Part shown: in pieces, positions 1 to 14,060 of the stretch
Layout: the number at the start of each line of letters is the position of its first letter
Numbering within the stretch: position 1 is the stretch's first letter
Assembly (NCBI RefSeq): GCF_009914755.1
Contig: NC_060934.1
DNA: 64,000 bases
Direction: 5' to 3' (one strand)
From: the human T2T-CHM13v2.0 reference genome, Homo sapiens
The notes under the pieces: model-generated
The model's database searches: none
What the model was told of the DNA's origin: nothing
Seen by the model: the letters and a program-made list of their open reading frames with translations, nothing else
Program-made: the position numbers and the translations under genes

Positions 1-513
1 CATCCCATGAAGTAGGATGTTTTAATATCTTCATTTTACAGAGGAGGAAACTGAGGCCTAGAAAGACTGAATGAATTTTTCCCAAAGGCACATAGCACTG
101 CTGCTACAAGGTGGCGCCAGGGGTGGAACGCAGGCAGGCTGGCTTCAGGGCTGTGCTCGAAGGCACCTCACTGAAAGGAGAGGGCTTCGGCAGGGCAAGG
201 AGGAGAGCCTCGAGGCCCGGACACTGGGTTTGGGGCACTACCCTAACGTCAGCATCTATGCCAAAGCCACCACCTGCCAAACGGCAGGCACGACACCCCC
301 AGCAACATCCATCCCAGCTGACATTCTCTGAGTGCTCACGACATTCCAGGTTCTGTGCCAAGTGCTGGAAGAACCTCAGCTGAGGCCCCTTGGCCAGCCA
401 GCCCAGGCTCCAGAAGAACCCCCTGCAATGCTACCTTCAGCACCTATCCCCTGCTATGCCATCTGCCCTAGGCCCAGTCCTTCCTCAGTGGGAACACAGA
501 ATGATGCTGTCTG

Positions 514-613
514 TCCTCCCTCTTCTCCCTCTCCCTTCCCCCTCCCTCCCTTCCTCCCTCCCTCCCTTCCTCCCTCCCTCCCTTCTTTCCTTTCTTCCTT
601 TCTTCCTTCCTTC
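514..613. repeat. (CCTT/CCCT)n polypyrimidine tract
   Basis: About 100 bp of C/T only. Confidence 0.9.
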
Positions 614-664
614 TGGATGTTTGCTAATGAGTAATGGGTGGCAGTATAACACTTTCTTTGCTAA

Positions 665-1077
<413 letters not shown>

Positions 1078-2386
1078 TAGCCCCAGTGTTGTGAGAAAAC
1101 CTCAGTTTCCCCACCAGTATGTTGATGGGTCTGAACTAATCAATGGTGTTAAACTTTATAAGCCTGAGAGCCTTCCCTTCGCATGCTCCCTAACATGTGA
1201 GGTGGATATGTGTGAGGCTACCCTGGTGGGAAGAAGAGGCTAGGTCCCCCAGCTGGCCCACCATACCCCTCATCCTCTATCCCTATGCCACTCAGCTCTG
1301 GGGTTCTGAGGAGAAGCTTCTAGTCAGCCCACAATTCTGCCTAGCCTCAGTCCTTTTTGGCCTGTCCCCTCCCTGGGCTCTAGCCACTCTGGTCCCAGAG
1401 GACACCCAGACCTGCAGTGAGGTCAGGGTTGGAATGAGGGGTTGGAAACTGTAGGCAAGGGTCAGACATGGGCTGGGGGCCTCGGCCCTGCCTGCTGCCT
1501 CCAACAGCCTACTCCCTTCAAGGACCAGCCTGCTCTGGCCTGGGGAGGGGTGCAGGGGCTGGGGTCCGAGGGCTGCAGAGACCTGGGTGAGGAAGAAGGA
1601 GGACTGGGCCAGCCCCCTCTTTCCCTTGTCTCCTGCCCTTTCCCCAGCAAGACCCTGAGACTATTTACATCCTGCCTCTAAGATCTCAGCTGTTCTAGGA
1701 TTCCATTCTCTCTCGGCTCTATTTTTCTTCTTTTGCAATCTCCAAGAAACCCGAGCTGCCAGATGGGTGGGGGCGATGATTGTTTTCTGTCTAACATCTG
1801 GATTTCATTAGCAGCCCTGGGCATGCTGACTCAGGAATGGCAGTTCCCCTGGGCTCAGGCCCTCCCAGACCTCTCGCGGCGCCCGGTTCTTAGCTGGACA
1901 CAAGAGGCACAGGTGACAACACCCCTCAGACCTCCCTCAAAGGAGTAATGAGTACCACTAACAATGTCTCAGAAGTGATGGAAACGGGTTCTAGAGAGCT
2001 TCTGCTCCCAGGTCAGTGCCTGAAGGGTGGCTGTCAGGCTGGGCATGGCTGGGCCTGACAGCCGTGAAGGGCAAAGAGACAGCTTAGGAAAAGTTGCCTT
2101 TGGGTTAAAAATTCAAGGCTGTATCCTTTGACCTCAACAAGATATCACCCACGTCAACATCAGAATCCTTACTGTGGGCATGTGGACCCTCCCCCTGCCT
2201 GAGCTTTAGTGGAGTGGTAGTACGTGAAGTTTTCATGTCCTATCATAGGAGAGACCCACAGTGGCCACCCAATCGAAAGCTGCCCCAGACACCCTTCAGG
2301 GCTTCATTATGACTTCTGTGGACCCTAGGCACTTTTGCCTTTGTGGGCCCTTTTTGCATAAAACCTTATTAAAAATTTTATTTTCT

Positions 2387-2823
<437 letters not shown>

Positions 2824-2872
2824 TCATCTGGTTATAAAATAAATACAAATAGGCAAATAGAAACATATCTGT

Positions 2873-3231
<359 letters not shown>

Positions 3232-4669
3232 CTACTAACTCCTGCTACTCCAGGACAAGGCAGCCCAGTGCACACTATGAAAGCACTCTTCTGTGTTCTT
3301 CATCTGATCTGATAGTTCCCTAGTTCCCACTGATTTGTACTTACTGCCTGACTTCACCAACTGCAACACAAGCTCCTAGACAGAGGGAGCCTTTCCTGTT
3401 TTGCTCATTGGGGTGTCCTCTAATGCTTGCTATGTGTCTGACACACAGTAGATGTTCAATAAATAACTGCAGAGTGGAAGGCGAGCCTACCTGTTTATGC
3501 ACGTGTATTTGTATCCCAGTTGGCAGCTGATTTGCCCAGGCAGCCACCGTAAAGATCTGGTAGCCCTCCTTGCTGCCTGCTCCCTCTTCCCTCTCACTGG
3601 GCACCACGGCCCATAGATGGTACTTTTCCATTCCAGAATCCATTCCCTCCCCTTCAGCTTCTGCTCACCGCTGTCTTGTGTCCAGTCATCAGTCCCTATC
3701 CATGTTCAGGGGCTGGCTTCCTTAGCGTTCTTGCCTCCTTCAGCCCAGCCTCCAACCTGCCACTAGCAGGATCTTTCAAAATGCCAATCTGAGCATGTCA
3801 CCTAAAACCCTTCTCCCTGGCCTCCAGATAAAGTCCAAGTTTGCACAGCCTGTCACACAAGCCCTTCATCACCTGTTCCAGCCACACCCCCACTCCTCCT
3901 CCAGGAGCGCCTGCTGTGGCCCAGGGCTCACAGTGCCCGGAAAGCATATTCCTGTTATTTACACGCTTGCTTGGAAGCCTTCCCCACTCCAAATCCAAGC
4001 TCCTCCTCTCTGAGGCCTCCCACGAAGCTCCAGGCTGAGCTGGGCCTGCACAGTAAACCTCACCACAGCCCTGGTCCCCCAGAGTGGCCAATACTCTTTC
4101 TATCTGTACCACCGAGGACAGGGGAAGGGCCTTATCCAGCACAGGCCTGGTGCACAAGAAACTCTCAGGAATGGTTGGGTGATGGGAACATGTCTGGAGT
4201 CCTGCTCTGTCCTGGACAGACTGTGTGTCCTGGGCACAGATGTGGCACTGCGCCAGGCCCCCACCACAGACCCCTACAGGCAAGTGCAGCTGGCTCACAG
4301 CAACACATTGCTGCTCAGGCCTTCAGAGTCCTGACCCATCAGTGTGCAGAGGCCAAAACGAGATACCAGGCGACCCTGCAGGCAGGCCCAGCAGATATCA
4401 ACCATGCCGCCCTGCAGTCACTGGGTTTTCTGTTGCCACCAGAGCTGGCAATCCCAACCCACTCCTGACCTGCCTGACTAAACTGGGGCAGCAGACACCC
4501 TGAGGCTGGGTGGTGAAACTACCAGGCACACCAACTTGGCCAGACCAGGCTTGGGATGGCCTCTGCCCACATTGTCCTTGACCCTCTCTACTTCCAGTCA
4601 TCTATCTTTTTAAAGAACCCTGACTTTCTGAGAATGATAGTGGAGATCAAAGTCTGGATGCCAAGGGTG

Positions 4670-4920
4670 ATGCAGGATGATATTGAAAAAGCATGCGCTC
4701 TGGAATCAGGAGCACCTGAGTTCCAATTCCAGCTTTGATATTCACTAGCTGTGTGGCCTTGGGCAAGTCACTCCACTTCTCTGGGTCTCAGTTTTATCAT
4801 CTGGCAATTGAAGATCACTATAGTACCTACCGAGACAATTTTTGACAGCATTAAATGAGCTAATACATAGAATATGCTAAACCCAGTGGTAAACTCAGTG
4901 CTTAGAAGCTATTGCTATTG
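4670..4920 (+). mobile_element. MIR SINE
   Basis: Core motif CTAGCTGTGTGGCCTTGGGCAAGTCAC...CTCAGTTTT...TTAAATGAG. Confidence 0.8.
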
Positions 4921-6867
4921 TATAGTGTATGATATTATTATTACCTTGGGGCCGGATGGCTGGTGCACTACATGAGGACAATAGCAGCTGTTTTTTCAAG
5001 AAGCAAATGATAGACACTCTTGAGTCCTAATCCTTCTTGGTTCAGTGCTGACATTGGCCGGACCATGGCTAGACCATGACTAGACCATGGCCTAGGCACA
5101 GCCTCACCCCACAAGGATGGACTGCCCTTTGTTGACATTCAGAATTGGCTTCTAGCACCTTCTCCCTCTGTTTTGGGGTTTCCCAGTCTTCCTGCCAGTG
5201 TCCAATCCCCCTTCCACTGCCCTGGGGATATGTGAGAGGCCCCATCAGTCTGATGAGCTGAGCTCTGGACACCTCTATCCTACTCTTAAGGTGAGAAAGG
5301 ACCAAGTAATAAGTGACCAACCCCTGGCTCCCGTGGCAGTGAATGCTTTAAGCTTGCTTTCACTGTTGCCCTCCTCAGACCCCGGGGGCTCCATGGGCAG
5401 CTTCAGGACCTAGGCAGGGTGGGCCTAGTGTTCTGCACATTTTACTCCCAGTTAGATCATTAAAGGTTTTTAAAGCATTTAGATCATTTAAAAATCATCT
5501 CACAGAAGGAGAGGAGATAAAGGAGCAGAAAGAATATTTGAAGAAATCATGGCTGAAAACTTTCCAAATCTGATGAAAAAATTTAAACAATACGTCCAAG
5601 CACTTCAAAAGACTTTAAGCAGGATAAACATAAAGAGATCCACAAACAGACACAGTATAGTAAAACTGCTGAAAGCCAAAACAAGGAGCGAATAGAGCTA
5701 CATAGGAGTAACATTTCTCTATCTCACTGGAATCAAGTTATAAATCTGAGGCATTCTGGTAAGACACAATGTATAAGATAAGCCCTAGAGCAACCCTAAA
5801 AAAATAACTCACAAAACATAGTGAAAAAAAATCATTAAAGAAATTAAAATGTTAGTTAGAAAATCAATGCAAAAGAAAGCAATTTATTGTGTTATTCTTT
5901 AGAAGGAATAGAGAAATAAAAAAGACATGAGTAATTTAGAAAGCAAATGGCAGTAAAATGGCAGACCTAAATCTACGTCAAAAAGAGCATTAAATGTGAA
6001 TGGATTAAACAATCCAATCAAAAGGCAAGGATTTTCAGATTAGACAACAAAAAACAAGATCAACTATATGCTATCTACAGGAGATGCACTTTAAATTCAA
6101 ATATATGAATAGGTTGGAAATAAAAGATAGGAAAATATCTGTCATGTAATCTGCAACTATTAGAAAGCTAGGTATACTAATATCAGACAAAATATACTTT
6201 AAAACAAAAAAAAAACAGTTACTAGAGAAAAAGAAGGACATTTTATAAGGATAAAATGATTAATCCATCAAGAAGATACAACAACTATAAACATAGGTGT
6301 ACCTAATAATAGAACACTCAAATGCATGAAGCAAAAACTGACAGAATTGAAGAAAGAAATAGACAAACAATAATTTCTGGAGGCTTAAATATCCCCACTT
6401 AAAATAATAATAAAAGAACTAGGCAGAATATCAACAAAGCAGGAGGAGACATAGACATCACTATGAACCAACTAGACCTAACAGACATCTATAAAACACT
6501 CCACCAAACAACAGCAGAATACATTTCTCTCAAGTGCACACAAAACATTCTCCAGAATAACTCATAATGTTAGGTTCTGAAACAAACCACAATAAATTTA
6601 GAAGGGTTAATATAATATAAAATATCTTCTATGACCACAATGGAATAAGGTTAGAAATCACTAAAAGATGTGTGGGAAACACGCAAATATGTGGATATTA
6701 AACAACACACTCCTAAATAACCAGTGAGTCAAAGAGGAAATCACAAGGGAAATAAAAAAAAAAAAATGCCCTGTGATAAATGAAAATAAGATACAATATA
6801 CCAAAACTTATGGGATGGGGCTCAGAGGAAAATTCATAGCTGTAATTATCTACATTGAGAAAAGAAG

Positions 6868-7025
6868 GGGCCAGACACAATGGATCATGCCTGTAATCCC
6901 AGCACTTTTGGAGGCTGAGATGGGAGGATTGCTTGAGCCCAGGAGTTTGAGTCTGCAATGAGTTATGATCACAGCACCGCACTCCAGCCTCGGTGACAGA
7001 GTGGAATCCTGTCTCCATAAAAAGA
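6868..7025 (+). mobile_element. Alu monomer (FRAM/FAM-like or recombined AluJ)
   Basis: Single arm: GGCCAGACACAATGG...CACTCCAGCCTCGGTGACAGAG, followed by a purine-rich tail. Confidence 0.75.
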
Positions 7026-8282
7026 GGAAGGATGAAAGGATAGAAGGAAGGAAGGAAAAGAAAAGAAGGATATAAAATCAGTATCTTAACCTTCCACCTG
7101 AAGAAACTAGAAAAAGAAGAGCAAACTAAATCTAAAGCAAGCTGATGGAAGGAAATAATAAATATTGAAGTGGAGAATTGAAAGCGAGCAAAGATACTTA
7201 TAAACCCTCGATCACAGCAGCAGTATTCACAATAACCAAAAGGTGGAAGCAATCCAGTTGTCCATTGATGGGTGAACTGATTTAAAAATGTGGTATATAC
7301 ATACAATGGAATATTACTCAGCCTTAAAAAGGAATGAAATGGATACATGCTACAGTGTGGATGAAACTTGAGGAAATTATGCTAAGTGAACTGAGCCAAT
7401 CACCAAAAGACAAACGCCATGTGATTCCACTTATATGAGGTATTTAGAGTAGTCAAATTCAGAGACAGAAGGTAAAATGGTGGTTGCTGGGGAGGCAGGG
7501 AGGGAGAATTATTATGTAATGGGTACAGTATTTCAGTTTTGCAAGATAAATTTCAGTTTTGCAAGATAAAAAGAGCTCTGTGGCTGGAAGGTGGTGATGG
7601 TCATACAACGATGTGAATGTATTTAATGCCACGAACCGTAAGCTAAAAATGGTTAAGATGGTAAATTTTATGCCATATGTATTTTAAATATAATTTAAAA
7701 GTAAAGATGAAAGTGGAAATTAATGAGATAAATAATAGAAAAAAATAGAGAAAATCAGCTAAACCAAAAGTTTGTTCTTTGAAAAGTCCAAAATAATTGA
7801 CAAAACTTTAGGTAGATTAAACAAGAAGAAAGAGAGGACTCAAATTGCAAGAATCAGAAATGAAAGAAGTAACATTATTAACGACCTTACAGAAATAAAA
7901 AGGATTATAAAAGAATACTATGGATAACTGTATGCCAACAAATTAGACAAATTAGATAAAATGGAAAAATGCCTAGGAAGATGCAAACTGTAGTAACTGA
8001 GTCAAAAAGAAATAAAAAAAAATCAGAATACTCTATAATGAGTAAAGAGTTCAGAGCAGTCATCAAAAATCTACCCACAAAAGAAAGCCCGGGCGCAGAC
8101 GGCATCGCAGGTGAATTCTATCAAACATCTGGAAAATAATTACTGCTGATACTTTACAAACTCTTCCAGAAAATATAACAGGAAGGAACACTTCCTAACA
8201 CACTATAACATGGATGAACCATGAAAATATTATGCTAAGTGAAAGAAGCCAGTCATAAAAGACCACATGTTACATGATTCTA

Positions 8283-8684
<402 letters not shown>

Positions 8685-9744
8685 CTAAGGAGTATGAAAT
8701 TCCTTTTCAAGGTGATGACAATGTTCTCTGATTGAGGTGACAGCTGCACAACTCCAGGCATATACGAAAATCACTGAATTGTACACTTCAAATGGGAATT
8801 ATATGGGAAGTGAATTGTATCTCATAAAGCTGTTCCCAAGAAAATCCTTCTACTTTTAAATATTATAGAAATGAGGTTCTAACACACTATTTCATTTGTG
8901 ACACAGGTTTCCTTCTGTGGTTTATAAAAGCCCTGTCAACCCGTTCCTCCCTTCAGGGAGCCTTGCACTGAGCACCGCTGCGTGTGAGGTCCCTTGAGCT
9001 GGCGTGGTCAGATGGCGAGGAGCACAGAGATGAATCCAGCCCAGCACCTGCCCCTGGAGCTATGGCCAGGTGAGGGGTAGACAGCATCCAATCAGGTTCT
9101 AGCCTGCCCAAATACCTAGTGCCTTGCCAGATGGGTGCACTCTTCATAGTGACCCAAAGGAGAAAAAAATGCTAGCCAACATTTACTAAGCACTTCCTGT
9201 GTCCAGGCACTGTGCTAAGCACCTTCCATGCATAGTTTCACTATGTCCTCACAATACCCTGGGTGTCAGTGCTCTCCTTAGCCTCATGGGACAGGCGACG
9301 AAACTGATGCTGCGAGCCTCTGTCTGTCCTCCCACCACTCATGAAGGGAGGAAGAAGGTGCTTGGGCCTTCACGAGTCCAGGACAGAATCAAGTTTGGAA
9401 TGGAGCCAGGAGAAGGTCTCAATCAGCTTGAGTGAGAAACTGAGGCCCCACAGACCATGCAGGTCTTAGCTTGGAGTGACAAGGAGCTTAAGGAGGCAAA
9501 GAATACAGAAATCCTGAGACTGGGGATCTCGTATACATTCTGCCCTCTCCACCTCCCCAAGACTGTAAAATGAGGCCTCTGCTCCTCCTTCTGCCGTAGA
9601 GTTAAGAGTCCAATATGAGATGATGATCTCTATGAAGGAAGATCCCACGTTAGCACTGTGCTGGAAGGTGCCAGGGACCTTCTGCCCCAGCATTTAGAAG
9701 AGCGCTGGCCCTGTCAGGAGAGAGGATGGTGCATGCATGTGCAC

Positions 9745-9757
9745 ATACACTCACACA

Positions 9758-9792
<35 letters not shown>
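9745..9792. repeat. (CA)n microsatellite, interrupted
   Basis: Seen directly. Confidence 0.9.
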
Positions 9793-9796
<4 letters not shown>

Positions 9797-11475
9797 CTGC
9801 TATCCCCGGGCCTCTGGCTCACATCCATTGCCTTTGGATATTGGTCACCCTGGGGGAGGCCCTGCCACCCTTCTCCAAAGCCCTTCTCCTGGTAGCATTC
9901 CCAGGCTACCAGCCCAGAGTGAGCATACCTCCTCGGGGCTCCAGAGCCCCTGTTGATGTCTGAGTGTCACCTGCCTGCCTGGATTAAAATCCCAGCTCTT
10001 CCATTGATAGCTCAATAATCCTGTGTGAGTCCCTTCCTCCCTCGAAGCATCTGTTTCCCCATGGAAAATGAGGCAAATAGAGCACTTAACACATAGAGTA
10101 GTTTCATTAAATGAAATACTGCTTGGAGAGCACTCAGCACAGTGCCTGTCTCCTTAACGGAGCTCAGTCTGGCTCTGCCCACTTCCCAGGCTGTAGGCAG
10201 GGGATGAGGGAGGGCTGCTGTGGATGGCTGTGTGCACATGAGCTGGGGGCCCCTGTGCTGGGGCTCAGCTGGACAAAGTGCAACAGGCTATGGACTGCAC
10301 AGGCCATGAGCATGCCCTTAAGGACCAACTAGATCCTCAGTTGCCTGTTTGCCCCTCATTCTATCCAGAGAACCCCAGGGGGGCTGAGGGTACTCACTCT
10401 CTGCTGGGAGCCAATAGCCTCCTGCTTACTGTGTATATTGAGGGGGAGGACAGGACCCACTGGAGATGTGGGGTCTGCAGGAAAGTCGTCAGTGGGTCAG
10501 CTCCCACTATGTATGCAGAGTCTGGGATGGGGGCACACAGATCACCTGGGGACCTTGCTAAGATGCTGCTCTGAGAGCCTGCAATTGTAATAGCTCCCTG
10601 GAGGCACTGATGCATCTCTGCCAGGGCCGTACTCTAAGCGGCAAGAACCTGAAGCATGGTGTGGCCGTTTCTGAGCAGGGTTTGGGAATGTAATGAATGA
10701 CAGCACATTTTGGCCTCCCACTGGTCCTGAAGGGACCCAGCCCCACCCAACCACACGTCAGTTTCCAACATCTGGAGGGGAACACTACATGCATTTCCAG
10801 AGTTTCCAGGATTCCATTTCCATTACAAACGTAAAATAAAAGTAATGCCACATTATAAAAAAAGTTGGAAAATAGGAAAAACTAATAGGAAAAAAAATCA
10901 CTGATAATCTCATGCTGTACTTAAAATGACTACTACCCTCTTTTCCCAGGATCCCAAAACCATGTCTATCAGTGGGTCAGGGACCATCCTGTAGATGGGC
11001 TGGCATGGTAGGCCCACTCTGTCATACTGAAGCATTGGATCAGGTGGGGGCCTGGATCTGCCCGACCCTCCCTTCTCACTCCAAGAAAGAGATGCTCCGC
11101 CCTGCAGTGCCTGAAGCCTTCCCCCAGCCCTATCCTGGGAGCACAGAGTGTGGGGCAGGGCCCCTCCCCTCTTCCCTCACAGGCTGAGGAGGCAGAGGTG
11201 GGGTTCAGGGGAGGGGGTGCACATCTGGATTCCTGGCCCAGAGCCTGCATTCCTTCCCCGTGAATGTGATGAGATGGGGCCTCCAGGGAGCTGTGAGGAG
11301 ACTGCCCCCTCAGAACAGGCCCCACCTAGCAAAAAAGACTGGTGGAGACCCAAAGGCACAGAACCTCCTTTGGGGGCCCAGTTCGGGTCCAAAAATCCCC
11401 CACCCAGATTGCTGACCAACCAGCGTGGGCCCAAGATGGGCCTCTGTCCTGACCACACCAGCCAGCCTTGCCTCA

Positions 11476-11862
<387 letters not shown>

Positions 11863-11944
11863 CTACAGCCTCTGCCTTGGGAGAAGTTCCATAACCCCCC
11901 GCCCAAACACACGCATGGATTCACACTGAGTCTTCAGCTACCCG

Positions 11945-12185
11945 AGGGCTCTGGGCTCCAGAAGCCTGAGTTCAAATCCTAACTAGTGTGTCTCCATGGA
12001 CAAGCCAGTTAACTACTCTGGGCCTCAGTGGCCCTATCTGCAAAATGGTCCTAGTAACAGCTCCTCCTAGGGTTTCTATGAGGCTAAAATGAGGTCATGA
12101 ATGGAAAGTAGTTTATCTCATGCCTGGCACTTCAGAACCACTCAGTAAATGGCAATGATGTTGATGATGGCTATTATTATTATTA
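11945..12185 (+). mobile_element. MIR SINE next to the exon 2 acceptor
   Basis: CCTGAGTTCAAATCC...GGGCCTCAGT...ATCTGCAAAATGG...TGCCTGGCAC. Confidence 0.78.
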
Positions 12186-13684
12186 CCATTAGTTCTTAAC
12201 ATACTGCCATGAGGTAAGAACATATAGTAGAAAGCAACCTGTCAGATTTGGGGCTCTGCCACTAACTGGTGGGGTGACTTTAGGAAAGTCACTGCTGACT
12301 CAGTTTCCCCACCTTGTAAGGAAAGGGAATGTCAGCTTGCGGCATTGCTCCCGCTTCACACTAGACAAGACTGAAGCCCAGCCCTTTGCCAGGTTTCCTG
12401 CAGCCCGAGGCTTGTGTAGTCTGTGTGTGGGGAGCCCTCAGCCTGGCCCCAAACCACCTCTCTGGAAGCCCAAGGAGGGAAGTGGTCCATCTCTCTCACC
12501 TCCAGATGACAGGAACCAGACATCTTGCTTAGCTTCAAAGCAGACGTGGCCCAGGCCCCCTCCTGGTATATACAGCCTCTATTTATAGGAGTCACAGGCT
12601 CCGGTCTGCCTTGCATACTGGAATTTAGCGAAGGTGGGGCTGGCAGGGAGCAGCCAGGGGTCCCCCTTTCCTGGAGCAAGGCCAAGGCTGAAAGAGGCGG
12701 CCTCCCCAGGAGGGTCAACAACAAATCTGGGCTTGGGGCTTGAGTATCTCCTGGCCCCAGCACAGGTGCCCAAGAACTGCAGGAATAAGCTGCGGACCTT
12801 GGGGGGCCTTGTGTCTGATGGGGAGACAAGGATTTGTTTTGGGGAGTTCCAGGCTGAAGGGGAAACAGGGCCTCTGAAAGGAAGGGCCTCAGGCTCCCTT
12901 ACAAAGATGGGGCAGACAGAAGCCCAGGTTGGGGACAGTCCTTTCTGTGTTCCCTTAGCATAGGCAGGGGAGGGAGGCGAGCTGCAAGCTGGCCCCAGGG
13001 CACAGGGCACAGTCTTGCCTCCCCCAACTGAAGCAGATCCTACTTTGCACAAGTATGTGTCCCAGCCACCCAACTGTATCCATCTGCAGGCATCTGCCAC
13101 TCCCCTCCTAGCGACATGGTCCTCATCATCTGGGTGCCACTGATGTTCTTGGTGCCTCAGGACACACGGCTGTGTGACCACAGCCCTTTCCTTCTGGGAC
13201 TCTGTTCCCTCTCGTGTGCATCTGGATCACAGCCTGGGATGCGGAAGGAAAGACACAGACACCACATCGGGGGCAGGCCAGCCCAGCACACAGTCACCTA
13301 TAGTGACTGGGAAGGATTTCAATGGGTCCAACTGACTGTAACTTCTGTATCACTGCCTGGCCCGACCACCAAATCCAGGACCAGTGGAAGATTCCACATT
13401 GACCTGCGTTCAGCCTGATGGGCACTCCAGCTCTCAGATGAATCCAAGATGGAGCAGTCCACCTTGAGAAGCAGAGGGTCCCCCGTCCCTGGAGCTGTGG
13501 GAGCCAATGGGGGTCAACCTTCCACGGCATGGGGGAGAGTTCCGATAAAAACCACATCACAGGATAACAGTGACACAGACCAAGCTCTTACTGTGACCCC
13601 AGCACTGGAAATTTTACACGTATTCAGATAGCTGATTCTGCCCACAACTCTATGAGTCACTATCCCATTTTACAGATTACATGA

Positions 13685-14060
13685 GTGTGCCCCAACCTGT
13701 ATTGAATGACCTGGGAAGCTTATAACAAACAGTTTTCTGGGCCCCACCTCAGACCTACCAAAGCAGCCACCTGGAATCGAGGGCCCGAAATCTGTATTTT
13801 TAGGTGTGCGGCAAAATATACACAACAAAATTGACCATTTCAATGATTTTTAAGTGTACAGTTGAGTGGCATTAAGAGCATTCATGCTGTTGTGCAGCCA
13901 TCGCCACCGTCCAGCTCCAGAACTTTTTCATCTTCTCAAACTGAAACTCCATCCCCGTGAAACAACAACGCCCCCGCCTACTGCAGCCCAATCTGTATTT
14001 TTCAAGCTCCCCCAGGCAATTCAGGTACAACCAGCCCAGCCCCACCCAGCCTTGGAGCAC
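13685..14060. mobile_element. MER5-type hAT MITE interrupted by an L1MB 3' fragment (13802-13989, minus strand)
   Basis: MER5 motifs (CTGGGCCCCACCTCAGACCTAC; AATCTGTATTTTTCAAGCTCCCCAGG). The L1 piece is flanked by TSD AATCTGTATTTTT at 13789-13801 and 13990-14002. Confidence 0.8.

Noticed and set aside
6713-7348. 211-aa minus-strand ORF
   Set aside because: Antisense translation of L1 and Alu fragments.
12579-13181. 200-aa minus-strand ORF as a possible extra ZCCHC24 exon
   Set aside because: No similarity to the known protein or any domain I recognise. Exons 1 and 2 already join seamlessly.
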